A stretch of DNA of 64,000 nt, taken from positions 564,505 through 628,504 of the forward strand of contig CAWCKE010000005.1 of assembly GCA_963796115.1 (NCBI GenBank), given 5' to 3'. The number at the start of each line of letters is the position of its first letter. Positions within the stretch are counted from its first letter, which is position 1. Below are positions 51,708 to 64,000 of the stretch, piece by piece. The notes below the pieces were generated by a model. The model was not told where the DNA came from and did no database searches. It worked only from the letters and a program-made list of their open reading frames with translations. The stretch is from an uncultured Acidimicrobiia bacterium. GTDB lineage: Bacteria; Actinomycetota; Acidimicrobiia; Spongiisociales; UBA11373. The position numbers and the translations under genes were made by a program.

Positions 51708-54646
51708 ATGTTCGAACGACTCGGGCGCTTCGTGATCCGGTTCCGCTTCTTGTTCCTGGTCGGCTGGCTGGCGGCCGCCGCTGGCCTGTTGGCTGTTCGC
51801 TCCCTCCCTGGAGGATGTCGGGACCTCCGACGAGACGGCCTTCCTGCCCGACGAGAGCGAATCCCGCGAGGCCAGCGTCGCTGCTGGCCGAGGCCTTCCC
51901 CTCCGACTCCGCCCCGGGGCAGGCCACCCTGGTCTTCAGCCGTCCTGGCGGCCTGACCGATGCCGACCGGGCCTACATCGCCTCCCTTCCCGAGCTCCTG
52001 GCCGCGGCCCGGTCTCCCCGAGGAGCTGCGCGGCACGGTGGACTGCGTGGTCACCGCCGAGAGCAACCCGGAGCTGGCTCCCTGGCTGCAGGAGCGAGGA
52101 CGGGGTGGCGGAGATCGCCCAGGTCAACCTGTCCGTGGGCGGCTTCGAGGAGACCGCCGGGGCGGCAGTCGACGCCCTGCGCGAGGTCCTGGCCGGGAGC
52201 ATGCCCGAGGGGCTGCAGGGCAACGTCACCGGTGATGCGGGCATCGCCGCCGACTACCTGGACGCGGTCATGGCGTCCACCGATCGCACCACTGTGGTGA
52301 CGGTGATCCTGGTGCTGGTCATCCTGCTCCTCATGTACCGGGCCCCGCTGGCGGCCCTGGCCCCGCTGCTCACCATCGGGGTGGCCTGGGTGGTGGCTCG
52401 CGGCGTGCTGGGGTGGCTGGCCCAGGCGGGCTGGCAGGTCACCTCGACCCTCGACACGTTCATGGTGGTGCTCATCTTCGGGGTGGGCACCGACTACTCG
52501 ATCTTCCTGATCTCCCGGGTGCGGGAGGAGCTGGCGCACGACGAGTGGGCCGGGGCGACCCGGCGGGCGGTGGGGCGCATCGGCGGGGTGATCACCGCCA
52601 GCGCCGCCACGGTGGTGGTGGGCCTCTCGTCGATGGCCATCGCCCGGTTCGGGTTCGTCCGCACCATCGGCCCCGCTCTGGCGGTGGCGATCGTGATCAC
52701 CCTGCTCGCCGGCCTGACCCTCACCCCGGCCTACCTGGGCCTGTTCGGCCGCTTCCTCTTCTGGCCGTTCCACCGGCGGATCCGGCTCCGCGACGCCCGG
52801 CGGGGCCCCTTCGCCGGGCTGGCCCGGCTGATCACCCGCCGCCCGGCGGCGGTGACCACCGTGCTGGTGATGCTGCTGGCCATCCCGGCGCTGGCCATGC
52901 CCATGCTGCGTGTCCGACTTCAACCAGCTGCAGGAGCTCCCTGCCTCGGCCGACGGCGCGCCTCGGCTACGTGGCGGTGACGCGAGCACTTCGACGAGGG
53001 CCAGCTGTCGCCCACCACCGTTCTCATCGAGGCGCCCGGCCGGGACCTCTCCTCGCCCGAGTCGCTGGCCCTGCTGCTGCACACCCACGAGCTGCTGGCC
53101 GCGGTGCCCGGGGTGGGGAGCGTGAGCAGCCTCGTCTCGCCCGCCGGCGATGGGACCGTGCCCGACGGCTTCCGGCCCTCGATGCAGCTCGCGGCGATGG
53201 CCGAACAGCTGGTGCCTGAGGGCACCGACCAGATGGCGGCCCTTCAGCAGCTGCTGGAGGGGGACACCGAGGCCGGCATCGCCCGGGCCGCCGCCTACAT
53301 AGGTGCGCTCGGCGAGGCCTTCCCCAGCCTGGCCGAGGTCCCGGAGTACCAGGCCTCCCTCGACGACCTCGACACCTTCGGCGGGTCGGTGGCCCTGCTG
53401 CGCACCGCCCTGCGAGTGAGCACCCAGCTCGACTATGTCGGCGGCCAGGTGTCCTCGGCGGCCGGCGCCGAAGACCCCGCCTCGCAGCTGGCCCTGCTCG
53501 AGGGCTACCTGGGCGAACTGGCCGCCGCCTACCCCGAAGTCGAGGGCAGCGACGCCTTCCGCGATGCCGAGGCCACTATCGGCGCCCTCGCCCAGTACGG
53601 GATCAACGCCCAACTGACGGAACGGCTGGCCGCCTCGCTCGAGTCGCTGAGCGGGGAGTTCGCCGACCGGCCGGACGCCTACCTGATCAGCACCATGATG
53701 TCGTCCTCCACCCAGGGCCAGGCGCTGCAGCAGATGCTGGAGCAGCCGCTCTCCCGGCTGCCCGGCGAGATCACCGCGCCTGGCCGCCGAGTTCCAGACG
53801 CTGCCCGACCTCTTCCTGCCCGTGGGCCTCTCCACCGACGGCGATGACGAGGTGGCCGAGCTGCTCGGCTCCTACCTGTCGGCGGACGGCGAGGTCACCC
53901 AGCTTCGGGTGGTCCTCTGCCGAGGATCCCTACAGCAACGAGGGCATCGAGGCGATCCCCGACCTGCGCCGGGCCCTCGACGGGGAGGAGGCCGGCTACG
54001 GATCCGAGGCCGCATCCTCACCGGGGGCCTCACCGCGGCCTACGCCGACATCCAACAGACGATCGGTGAGGACTTCTGGCGGGTCGCCGCCATCACCGTG
54101 GCCGGGCATCCTGGTGGTTCTCATCGTGCTGCTCCGGGCCGTCGTGGCCCCCATCTACCTCGTGGCCACGGTGCTGCTCTCCTGGATGGCGAGCATGGGG
54201 CTGGCGGCGCTGCTCTTCCAGGGGATCCTCGGGCACTCCGGGGTCAGCTACTTCCTGTCGCTGATCGTCTTCGTGCTGCTCGTCGCCCTGGGCTCGGACT
54301 ACAACATCTTCCTGATGAGCCGGGTGCGCGAGGAGAGCGATCGCGTCGGCGTGCACGACGGCATCCGGATCGCCTCCGCCCGCACCGGCTCGGTGATCAC
54401 CTCGGCCGGGGTCATCCTGGCCGGCACCTTCGCCGCCATGGCCGTGGCCCCGCTGCGCATGCTGCTGCAGATCGGGGTGACGGTGGCTCTGGGGGTACTG
54501 ATCGACACCTTCATCGTGCGCAGCATGCTGGTCCCGGCGATCACCGCCCTGTGCGGCAAGTGGGCGTGGTGGCCCTGGCATCGGCGGCGGCTGCGGGCAT
54601 CCGAGGCGGCCGTCGCCGCGGGTCGAGGGCGAGCCGCCGGGCGACT
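51708..54646 (+). CDS. MMPL/RND-superfamily membrane transporter; about 6 frameshifts as assembled, exact stop uncertain
   Basis: MFERLGRFVIRFRFLFLVGWLAAAAGLLA. First TM bundle ...VVTVILVLVILLLMYRAPLAALAPLLTIGVAWVVARG...VLIFGVGTDYSIFLISRVREE. Periplasmic domain. Second bundle ...VVLIVLLRAVVAPIYLVATVLLSWMASMG...LGSDYNIFLMSRVREE...LIDTFIVRSMLVPAITALCGKWAWWP. Confidence 0.8.
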
Positions 54647-55649
54647 AGCCCAGAAGCTCGTCGAACAGCGCCCAGGCGGGGCCGTCCAGCGGAGGGACGA
54701 GCCGCGGCCCGGCGTTGCCCAGGGCCACGACGGCGCGGCGCCGGGGGACGTCGATGGCGAGGAAGCTGGAGCCGCCGTAGGTGCCGCCGTTGTGCCAGCA
54801 GGTCTCGGTGACGCAGCTGTGGCGGTCGCGGTTGCGCAGCATCCAGCCCAGGCCCATCGCGACCGGGTGGCCCTTGCGGTGGAAAGGCCGCCGTGCCAGG
54901 TCGAGCGCCTCGCCCAGCGTGCCGGACGGCGGGTCGAGGCAGGCGCGGGCGAAGGTGAGCAGGTCGGCCGCCGTGGAGCGCAGGGCGCCCGCCCCCTCGA
55001 GGGCGCCGAAGGTCCACGGGGGCGTCGGCTTGCCCTTGCGGAAGCCGGGGACGGGGGTGCTGCCTTCGCCGCAGGCGCCGACGGCGGTCGCTCCCAGGCC
55101 GAGGGGGCCCAGCAGGCGCTCCTCGACCAGGGTGCTGTACGGGTGGCCGGCGGCCCGGCCGAGCAGGTGCCCGAGCAAGCCCATCCCGAAGTTGGAGTAA
55201 TGCGGGCGGGGCCGGCGGGGGCGAACCGTCCTGGGGCCCAGGCAGGCGAAGACCTGCTCCTCGGTGAGCGAGGCGTAGGGGTCGTCGCTGCCTCTGATCC
55301 GGCGGAGGATGGCCCAGGGGATGCGGGGAAGGCCGGCGGTGTGGGTCGCCAGGTGGGTGAGGGTGGGCTGGCGGTCGGGGGCGGGCAGCCGGGCGGCCAC
55401 CGGGCCGGGGAGGTGTCGTCCGATGGGATCGTCGAGGCCGACCTCTCCCCGGATCGACATCTCGGCGAGCAGCAGCCCGGTGAAGACCTTGGTGATCGAA
55501 CCGATCTCCCAGCACAGGGCGGCCGGGTCGGGCTCGCCCTGCACCGAGCCGAGGGCGGTCACCTGAGCCCGGTCGTCGGAGAGCACCCCGACCACGATGG
55601 CCGGCACCTTGCCGAGGGCGCGGGGGAAGTGGCGATGCACGGCATCCAT
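54645..55649 (-). CDS. Serine hydrolase, beta-lactamase (class C / DD-peptidase) family; intact
   Basis: 334 aa from ATG 55649. Active site SITK (SxxK) in WEIGSITKVFTG, YSNFG (YxN), and a late HNGGTYG region. The longer ORF 54645..56588 upstream of this ATG is repeat DNA plus the GNAT gene. Confidence 0.85.
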   Translation of the reverse strand: MDAVHRHFPRALGKVPAIVVGVLSDDRAQVTALGSVQGEPDPAALCWEIGSITKVFTGLLLAEMSIRGEVGLDDPIGRHLPGPVAARLPAPDRQPTLTHLATHTAGLPRIPWAILRRIRGSDDPYASLTEEQVFACLGPRTVRPRRPRPHYSNFGMGLLGHLLGRAAGHPYSTLVEERLLGPLGLGATAVGACGEGSTPVPGFRKGKPTPPWTFGALEGAGALRSTAADLLTFARACLDPPSGTLGEALDLARRPFHRKGHPVAMGLGWMLRNRDRHSCVTETCWHNGGTYGGSSFLAIDVPRRRAVVALGNAGPRLVPPLDGPAWALFDELLG

Positions 55650-55699
55650 ATGGGGAGACAAGATAGGCGCGGCGCGGTGGGGGAGGACGGGCGAGGTCT

Positions 55700-56085
55700 C
55701 CTCCGCGGGCGGCGGAGGGGGGAGACGGGGTGCTCCCTCTCGGCCCCGGGCCATCTCCCCGCTGGGGCGGGGGAAGTGGAGACGGCGGACTGCCTCCCCC
55801 CGGCGCGCGTCGGGGGCAGCGCCTCCCGCTGTGGCGGGCCGCGGAGGGGGCGAGACGCGTGTCTTCCCCCTGCTGGGCCTCGGCTCCTGCGCGCCTCGCC
55901 CATCTCCCCCGCTGGGGCGGGGGAGAGAGGGAGCATTGCCTCCGCAGGCCAGCGGGGGAGGGGACACGTGTCCCCCTCGCGCCCTCGGCCCTCCCCGCGC
56001 GGTGCATGGGGCGGGGGGCGAGGGAGCCCGCGCCTCGCGCCGCAGGCGCGGCGCGCTGGGGGAGGCACGCGTGTTCCCGCCTCGC
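55700..56085. repeat. Cluster of about 4 degenerate tandem units (about 105-130 bp), each with GC-rich palindromic hairpins
   Basis: Hairpin cores are at 55714-55739 (ggaggggggagacggggtgctccctc), 55843-55870 (ggagggggcgagacgcgtgtcttccccc), 55954-55977 (gggggaggggacacgtgtccccctc) and 56058-56083 (gggggaggcacgcgtgttcccgcctc). The 23-24-mer catctcccc(c)gctggggcggggga occurs at 55752 and 55901, with a degenerate copy at 55991-56018. Confidence 0.7.
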
Positions 56086-56089
56086 TGCC

Positions 56090-56588
56090 TCAGCCTCCGG
56101 GAGACTCCACGCGCCGCTCGTACAGCACCAACTCGAACCCGGCCGAGGTGGGGAGGCGGCCGACCTCGACGAAGCCCAGGGCCTCGTAGAAGGCGCGGGT
56201 GCGGCGGTTCCAGACCGGGGTGTCCAGGGTCCAGCGGCGGGCCTGCGGGTACGCGTCGTCCGAGCAGCGCCACCACCCGGCGGCCGATGCCCCGGCGGTG
56301 CCAGGGCGGGTCGAGGAAGAGTCCGGGCAAGGTCGCAGTCGCCGGTTCCTTTGTCCACGACGATGGCGCCGCCCGCCAGTTGGCGCGTCGACGACCACCG
56401 CGTGGTACTCGGCCCCAGCCCATGGCTTCCCGCTGCCAGTCCGGGGAGCTCGTAGCCGGGGGCCCGCCCGGACCGGGCGCGCCGTCGGCGAGGTCGCTGT
56501 CGAAGGCACGCGTCGAGGCGGCGGCCAGCGCCTGCCGGCTCTCCTCGGGCCGGGCCCGGCGGAGGACGACCTCCGGCTCCCGGCTCAT
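56090..56588 (-). pseudogene. GNAT family N-acetyltransferase; about 4 frameshifts as assembled
   Basis: [32 protein letters not shown].., ..AIVVDKGTGDCDLARLFLDPPWHRRGIGRRVV (Q/RxxGxG/A acetyl-CoA loop) and ..NRRTRAFYEALGFVEVGRL..FELVLYER. The ATG overlaps the GMC stop (ATGA). Confidence 0.65.
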
Positions 56589-58274
56589 CGGCGCAGCGCC
56601 GCCGGGGCGCCGTCGGGCACCGCCGGGCGACGCGGCGGCACCGGGGCCACCGGCCGGTAGGGCTCACCCGGCGCGGGCCGCGGGTCGGGGTCGCCCAGGT
56701 TGGGCCACATCGAGGCCGCCCGTTCGGCCAGGGCGGCGATGGAGAGTGAGGGGTTCGCCCCCAGGTTGGCGCTGATCGCCGCCCCGTCGGTCACGTAGAG
56801 GCCGGGGTGGCCGTACACGCGGTGGTAGGGGTCGATCACCCCGGTCTCCGGGCCGGCGCCGATGGCGGCGCCGCCGAGGATGTGGGCGGTCATCGGGATG
56901 CCGAGGAAGCGACTCGTTGAGGCTGGCGGCGGCGACCCCGCTCATGGCCTCGGCCGCCGCCCGGGCGGCCTCGTGGCCGACCGGCAGCCAGGTGGGGTTG
57001 GGCTGCCCGTGGCCCTGCTCCGATGCCACCCGGGTGCCGAAGGGCCCCTTCTTGGTGAACAGGCGCAGGCTGTTGTCGATGCTCTGCATGACCAGGAGGA
57101 TCACCGAGCGCTCCGACCAGTGGCCGCACCGACAGCGAGCGGCAGAAGTCGATGGGGTGGCGCAGCGCCGTCGCCACGAAGCGCAGCGGCTGGGGGAGGC
57201 GCCCTTCGCCCTTCACCAGGATCGAGGCGATCAGCCCCATGAAGTTGCTCCCCGCCGGGTAGCGGCACCGGTTCGATGCGGGTGTCGGGGCGGGGGTGGA
57301 TCATCGAGGAGATCGCCACCCCCTTCGAGTAGTCCACCTCGCGGTCCTTTGCGCCACGGCGCCGAGCAGCGACTCGGAGTTGGTGCGCATCAGGTAGCCG
57401 AGGCGGGGGGAGAGGCGGGGCAGCCGCCCTGCCGCCTGCAGGCGCAGCAGCAGCCGGATGGTGCGCAGCGCCCCGGCGGCGAAGACCACCTGCCGGGCGG
57501 TGAAGGTGCGCCGCCGCTTGCGGATCCAGGCCCCGGGGCGCTCGGTGGTCACCCGGTAGCCGTCGCCGGTCTCCTCGACGTCCACCGCCTCGTGCTCGGG
57601 GAAGACCCGCGCCCCCAGCGACTCGGCCAGGTACAGGTAGTTGCGGTCGAGGGTGTTCTTGGCCTCGTAGCGGCAGCCCACCATGCACCCGCCGCACTGG
57701 CGGCAGCCCACGCACTCGGGCCCGGCCCCGCCGAAGTAGGGGTCGGGCACCCGCTTCTCCGCCTCGCCCAGGAACAGGCCGACGGTGGTGGGGGCGTGGG
57801 TGTGCTCGACCCCGAAGTGGCGGGCGACGGCGGCGAGCACGCCGTCGGCCGGGCTGTCGGCGGGGGCCTCGGCCCTGCCCAGCATGCGAAGCGCCTGGTC
57901 GTAGTGGGGCGCCAACTCCTGCTTCCAGTCGGTGATGTGGCCCCACTGCGGGTCGGTGAAGAAGGCGTCGTGCGGCTCGAGGAGGACCGCGGCGTACACC
58001 AGGGAGCCGCCCCCCACCCCGGCGCCGGAGAGGATGAGCGCCTGGCGGAGAGGGTCGATGCGCTGGATGCCGCGCAGCCCCAGCGCCGGCATCCACAGGA
58101 ACCGTCGCAGGTTCCAGTTGCGGCGGGCGTAGTCGTCGGGCCCGAAGCGTCGTCCCCGCCTCGAGGACCCCGACCCGGTAGCCCTTCTCCGCCAGGCGGA
58201 GGGCGGTGACGCTGCCGCCGAACCCGCTGCCGATGATCAGAACGTCGAAGTCCTCAGGCTGTCTTGCTGGCCAT
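56585..58274 (-). pseudogene. GMC-family FAD oxidoreductase (cholesterol-oxidase-like); about 6 frameshifts as assembled
   Basis: [33 protein letters not shown] (FAD fold); ORF 57301..58092 ([14 protein letters not shown]...[23 protein letters not shown]); [16 protein letters not shown]; C-terminal HILGGAAIG...[40 protein letters not shown]. Confidence 0.75.
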
Positions 58275-58361
58275 GTCCCTCCCGGCTCGGCGCGCACTCT
58301 ATTGCCCCCGGGGGCCGGGCGTGACGGCGGAGGTCCCGCCCGCCCGCCCGGGGCGTTGTGA

Positions 58362-60296
<1,935 letters not shown>

Positions 60297-60304
60297 GGCG
60301 CTCC

Positions 60305-60731
60305 TCAGGATGTCTCGCTTGCGGGTTGCGCCGGCCGCCGCAGCCGCTGCCAGAGGGCCGCCGCCGCGGCCCCGGCAGCGCCCCGCCCGCCGACCAGGCG
60401 AGCGGCACTACGCGGCGCCAGACCTCGAAGGTGAACGGCTCGGGCAGGCCGAAGCGGTCGGCCAGCGAAGCCCACAGGAGGCCGCCGATGATGCCGCCGG
60501 CGATCAACCCGGGCCAGGCCGAGCGCACCGGCCGACGCAGCAACAGGGCCACCAGCAGCGCGGCCACCACGCCGAAGGCGGCCAACACGGCCAGCCAGGC
60601 GGCCGAGCGGCCGAGGAACTCGAGCACCAAGCGCAGGGGCAGCCACACGAGCGCGACGGTAGCGGCCCGACGAGCGGGGCCGGGGCCGTCGGGACGGTGG
60701 CGGCGGCCGCCCCAACGGTGAGTGCACCCAT
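60305..60731 (-). CDS. Hypothetical small membrane protein; 1-2 frameshifts
   Basis: MGALTVGAAAATVPTAPAPLVGP.. then VALVWLPLRLVLEFLGRSAAWLAVLAAFGVVAALLVALLL...WPGLIAGGIIGGLLWASLADRFG. Confidence 0.45.
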
Positions 60732-60809
60732 CCGCGCCCGGTAGGCTGCGTCGGGCGGCGCACCGGGGACCGGCGCCCCGCCGCCGGCACGACCGCGGGA
60801 AAGGCGGCA

Positions 60810-61523
60810 ATGGAGGAGTTCCGCAGCCTGGAGGACCTGCTCGACCTGCAGGTGGTCGATCTCGACATCGACCGCCTCTTGCATCGCCGCCAGTCCATGG
60901 AGGAGTTGGCCCTGTACCGGCAGGCCCACGAGCAGGTGATCGCGCTGGATGCCAGCCTGGCCGAGTCGGAGGGGCGCCTGCGCGGGCTCGAACTGGCGGG
61001 CGACAAGGCGCAGGGAGAGCTCGACCTGTCCGAGCAGAAGCTGCATCGGGAGGAGCGGCGCCTGTATGCCGGGGGGCTGAGCGCCCGCGAGGCCGAGGCC
61101 ATGCGGCTCGAGGTGGAGATGCTGCGGCGGCACATCTCCGAGCGCGAGGACCACATCCTGGAACTCATCGAGAGCCGGGAGCAGGCGGAAGCCGAGGTGG
61201 GTGGCTTGCGCGAGGAGCGGGCGGCTGCCCAGGCGGAGAAGGACCGGCTGGACTCGATCATCCGGGCCGAGTGGCAGGTCATCGACGCCGGCATCGCCCG
61301 GGCCGAGGCTCGCAAGCGCGACATCGTCCCGCTGATCTCGCCCGATCTGCTGGCCCTGTACGAGGAGTTGCGTCCGCACAAGGAGGGGGTGGCGGTGGGC
61401 CGCCTGGCCGAGGGCGTCTGCGGCGGGTGCCACCTGCGGCTCTCCGCTGCCGAGCGGGTCGAGGTGCTCCGGGAGTTCCCGCCCCGCTGCATGCACTGCC
61501 GGCGGATCCTGGTGCCCCAGTGA
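60810..61523 (+). CDS. Coiled-coil zinc-ribbon protein (COG1579 / DUF164-type); intact
   Basis: 237-aa ORF with a long heptad-rich region and a C-terminal CGGCHLRLSAAE...RCMHCRRIL C4 ribbon. Confidence 0.8.
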   Translation: MEEFRSLEDLLDLQVVDLDIDRLLHRRQSMEELALYRQAHEQVIALDASLAESEGRLRGLELAGDKAQGELDLSEQKLHREERRLYAGGLSAREAEAMRLEVEMLRRHISEREDHILELIESREQAEAEVGGLREERAAAQAEKDRLDSIIRAEWQVIDAGIARAEARKRDIVPLISPDLLALYEELRPHKEGVAVGRLAEGVCGGCHLRLSAAERVEVLREFPPRCMHCRRILVPQ

Positions 61524-61928
61524 GCGGCGAGCGCCACGTGCTCCACTGCGACGGGGCGGCCCGGGGCAACCCGGGCCCGGCCGCCATCGGGGCGGTGCTC
61601 TTCGCCCCGGGCCGGCTGGAGCCGGTGGTGGCGATCTCGGAGGCCATCGGCCGGGCCACCAACAACGAGGCCGAGTACCGGGCGCTGATCGCCGGCCTGC
61701 AGGCGGCGCTGGAGGCGGGGGTGACCCGCCTGCTGGTGCGCCTCGACAGCGAGTTGCTGGTGTACCAGATGGACGGCACCTACCGGGTGAAGGCCCCCGG
61801 CCTGCAAGCCGCTGGCCAAGGAGGCGGCCGGGCTGGTGAGGCGCTTCGCCTCCGTCGTGTTCGAACAGGTGCCGCGGGAGCGCAACACCATCGCCGACGA
61901 ACTGGCCAACGCCGCGCTCGACGGCTGA
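61520..61928 (+). CDS. rnhA: RNase H family protein (RNase HI-like); one +1 frame change near 61800
   Basis: The GTG overlaps the upstream TGA (GTGA). HCDGAARGNPGPAAIGAVL...ATNNEAEYRALIAGLQAALEAGV..LLVRLDSELLVYQM (the D-E-D residues), then RERNTIADELANAAL in the next frame. Confidence 0.75.
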
Positions 61929-61938
61929 GAGGGCGGGC

Positions 61939-62758
61939 TCAGCCGGTCTGCGGCGACGGGACCTCCGCCTCGGGCAGCTCCCGATGGTGCCGCCGGGTGC
62001 GCCACAGCATGCGCAGCGCCATCAGCACCAGGAACGAGGCGAACAGCATCCGCAGCAGCGGGGCGTCGAGGGCCAGGGCGAGGCGGGCGCCCAGCCAGCC
62101 GCCGGCCAGGCCCCCGGCCCCGAGGAGCATGGCGAGGCGCCAGTCCACCTGGCCCCGCCGGCTGTGGGCGAGGGTGGCCACCAGCGCCGTGGGCACGATC
62201 ACCGCCAGCGAGGTGCCCTGGGCCAGGTGCTGCTCGAAGCCGTAGAGGGTGACCAGGGCCGGCACGAAGACGATGCCGCCGCCCACCCCCAGCACCCCCC
62301 CGAGGACGCCGGCGCCGAAGCCCGACGACCACGAAGCCGATCACACCGCCCCAGGAGGCGTCGATCGACGCCGTGCCGGTGGCCGCCGCCCCGGGCGTAT
62401 CGCCCTCCAGGAACATGCGCACCGCCGAGGCCAGGGCCAGGGCCACGAAGCCGCCGGCCAGCCAGACCTCCGGGATGCGGGCGAAGATGCGGGCCCCGAG
62501 GTAGGCGCCGCCGATGGAGCCGAGGAGCAGGAAGCCGCCGGTGTCCCAGTCGATGCGGTCGGCGATGGCCAGCGGCACCACCGCCGCGCTCGCCGAGGCG
62601 ATCATCGCCGCCAGCGAGGTGGCGTGGGCCCGGTGCTGGGGGATGGCCAGGAAGAGCACCATGCCGGGCACCATCACCAGGCCGCCGCCGATGCCGAAGA
62701 GGCCGCCGAGGGTCCCGGCCGCGGCGCCGAGCAGGCAGGCGGTGACGATCCGCTTCAC
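61939..62758 (-). CDS. TauE/SafE-family sulfite/anion exporter; one frameshift near 62320
   Basis: VKRIVTACLLGAAAGTLGGLFGIGGGLVMVPGMVLFL...H.A.ATSL and a second half-repeat GVLGVGGGIVFVPALVTLYG...AQGTSLAVIVP (duplicated GxGGG motif). Confidence 0.8.
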
Positions 62759-62769
62759 GAGCCGAAATG

Positions 62770-63804
62770 CTACGGCCCGGGCGGGGCGATCCGGCGCAGG
62801 CGGGGGAGGACCGCCTCGCCGAGCAGGGCGATGGTCTCCTCCTGGTGGAGCGAGGTGATCTGCACGACGACGATGTCGGCCCCTATCTCCTCGATGAGCG
62901 GGCGGTAGGCGGCCGTCATCTCGTCGGGCCCGGCCACGATGGGGTAGCGGCCGAGCACCTCGGCGCGGGGGAGGGCGTCGGCCCGGCGGCGCAGGTCCTC
63001 CGGGTCCACCGCCTCCAGGCGGCCGGGCGCTCGCAGCCCCCGCCAGGGGAGCAGCGCCTGCCAGGCCTCCTCCTCGTCGGCGGCGTGCACCGTCCACCGG
63101 GTGGCCATGACCGGCAGGGCAGGCCGCCCGGCGGCGGCCGCCGCCGCTCGGGCCGGCTCGACCACCTTGGCCAGCGACTCGGACCGGGTCCTTGACGCTG
63201 GTGATGAGCCCGTCGGCCATCTGCCCGGCGAGGGTGGCCGACTGCGGGCCCGGCGGCGGCCAGCCGGATCGGCACCTTGCCCAGCGGCGGGCTGTAGAGG
63301 CGGGCCCGGTCGGTGCGGTAGTAGCGGCCGGAGTAGCTGAGCTTCTCACCGTCGAGGAGGGGGCGCATGATCTCCAGGGCTTCGCGCATGCGCTGCGGCA
63401 CGCTCTCGGTAGGGGGGGAAGGGAGTTCCGAGGGGCCCCTCGTTCAGGTTCTCCCCGGTGCCCACCCCCAGCTCGAACCGCCCGCCGGAGAGGCGGTCGA
63501 TGGTGGCGGCCGCCTGTGCCACCACTGCCGGGTGGAAGCGGAACAGGGGGGTCACCACCCCGGTGGCGAGGCGCAGGCGCTCGGTGGCGCGGGCGATGGC
63601 CCCCAGGGTGGCGAGGGCGAAGCCGCCGGCGCCGGCGTCGTCCACCCAGGGGTGGAAGTGCTCGGACACCATCACGCCGTCGAACCCGGCCGCCTCGGCG
63701 GCGACGGCGTGGGCGACCAGCGTTTCCGGCTGCCACTGCTCGTGGCCGCAGAAGTAGTAGAAGGCGGTCACCGCGTTCCCCTGGCCGTTGCTCGGCGCCC
63801 ACAT
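62770..63804 (-). pseudogene. LLM-class (luciferase-like) F420-dependent oxidoreductase; about 3 frameshifts as assembled
   Basis: FCGHEQWQPETLVAHAVAAEAAGFDGVMVSEHFHPW...RFELGVGTGENLNE; REALEIMRPLLDGEKLSYSGRYYRTDRARLYSPP; GRYPIVAGPDEMTAAYRPLIEEIGADIVVVQI. The pieces are in ORFs 63346.., 62916.. and 62770... Confidence 0.75.
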
Positions 63805-63902
63805 GATCGCGTATCCCCGCGCCCATCCGGATCGGGGTGAAACCCGCGGGCCCTCTGAAGGGTCGAACCGGGTGCAGGGAAACCGAGAGGGAAGGAGCCT
63901 GC

Positions 63903-64000
63903 ATGAGCAACTGGCAGAAGTACCTCGCCGAGGCGTTCGGCACCTTTGTGCTGGCCGGCATCGGCTGCGGCGTGCTGATCGGCTCGGGAGGCGACGCCCT
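63903..64000 (+). CDS. MIP/aquaporin-family channel, N-terminus only (runs off the right edge)
   Basis: AGGAG 6 nt before the ATG. MSNWQKYLAEAFGTFVLAGIGCGVLIG matches the first TM helix of AqpZ/GlpF-type channels. Confidence 0.6.
   Translation, partial: MSNWQKYLAEAFGTFVLAGIGCGVLIGSGGDA

Noticed and set aside
55700-56085. Possible CRISPR array
   Set aside because: - The repeats are degenerate and unequal in spacing (104-149 bp), with no constant 25-40 nt repeat and no unique spacers of uniform size.
- No cas genes are in the window.
53844-56189. 781-aa plus-strand ORF extending the MMPL gene by 1.5 kb
   Set aside because: - Only the part up to about 54646 looks like the MMPL C-terminus.
- The remainder is antisense to the intact beta-lactamase-family gene and then crosses the repeat cluster.
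63805-63902. Structured-looking leader upstream of the aquaporin gene as a riboswitch
   Set aside because: It has a few short hairpins (gggtgaaaccc), but I cannot match it to any riboswitch consensus I know. The region is only 98 nt and must also contain the promoter.
60305-63961. 1218-aa minus-strand ORF, the longest in the track
   Set aside because: - The translation is Arg/Pro/Gly/Ala-rich and low in complexity.
- The span is fully explained by seven family-like genes: the small membrane protein at 60305-60731, the DUF164-type zinc-ribbon protein, RNase H, TauE, the LLM oxidoreductase, and the first bases of the MIP channel gene at 63903.
- Only short stretches of this ORF coincide with real frames. 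Long open frames are expected at this GC content.

Overview
This is a very GC-rich, actinobacterium-like chromosomal segment. I could not compute the GC content or assign taxonomy. I resolved about 65 protein genes and one tRNA.

**Annotation caveat.** Stop codons are rare at this GC content, so many long ORFs in the track are spurious. Real genes were identified by protein-like translation, recognisable motifs, ribosome-binding sites (RBS) and start/stop coupling. All family calls come from motif memory, not from database searches.

**Frameshifts.** Many otherwise well-conserved genes are split over two or three reading frames. The breaks cluster in blocks, while genes of 0.7-1.9 kb between the blocks are intact. 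Indel error is the more likely cause, but I cannot exclude real pseudogenisation.

**Backbone gene content**
- A cupin / split-transketolase / SDR (short-chain dehydrogenase) / MBL (metallo-beta-lactamase fold) / MFS operon at 1-4.8 kb.
- An FGGY sugar kinase, malQ, pgi and two tandem glutamate dehydrogenase paralogs.
- An orphan family-5 ABC substrate-binding protein (SBP).
- An MBOAT + SGNH acylation pair and a TetR + MMPL pair.
- A serine hydrolase, GNAT, GMC oxidoreductase and tryptophanase.
- RNase H, TauE, an LLM-class (luciferase-like monooxygenase) oxidoreductase and the start of an aquaporin.

**Most interesting region.** An approximately 14.2 kb island lies at the 3' end of tRNA-Val(TAC). 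It is bounded by a perfect 51-bp direct repeat at 24687-24737 and 38921-38971. It carries:
- a decapitated integrase and a second small tyrosine recombinase;
- a tandem array of modular membrane / zinc-ribbon / SH3-like paralogs that share a conserved upstream motif;
- paralogous lipoproteins;
- an approximately 3.8 kb mosaic surface protein whose HYR domain is interrupted by a diverged fragment of the SBP gene located just outside the island;
- a PD-(D/E)xK-like gene at the far edge.

**Other notable features**
- Five Sec-signal proteins with RTX-type calcium-binding repeats, two of them paired with proprotein-convertase P-domains. No type I secretion genes are visible in the window.
- A cluster of degenerate GC-rich palindromic repeats at 55.7-56.1 kb.
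- A G8-C-G11 tract upstream of the MBOAT operon.
- A 105-bp inverted-repeat element containing triplicated GAGAC motifs.
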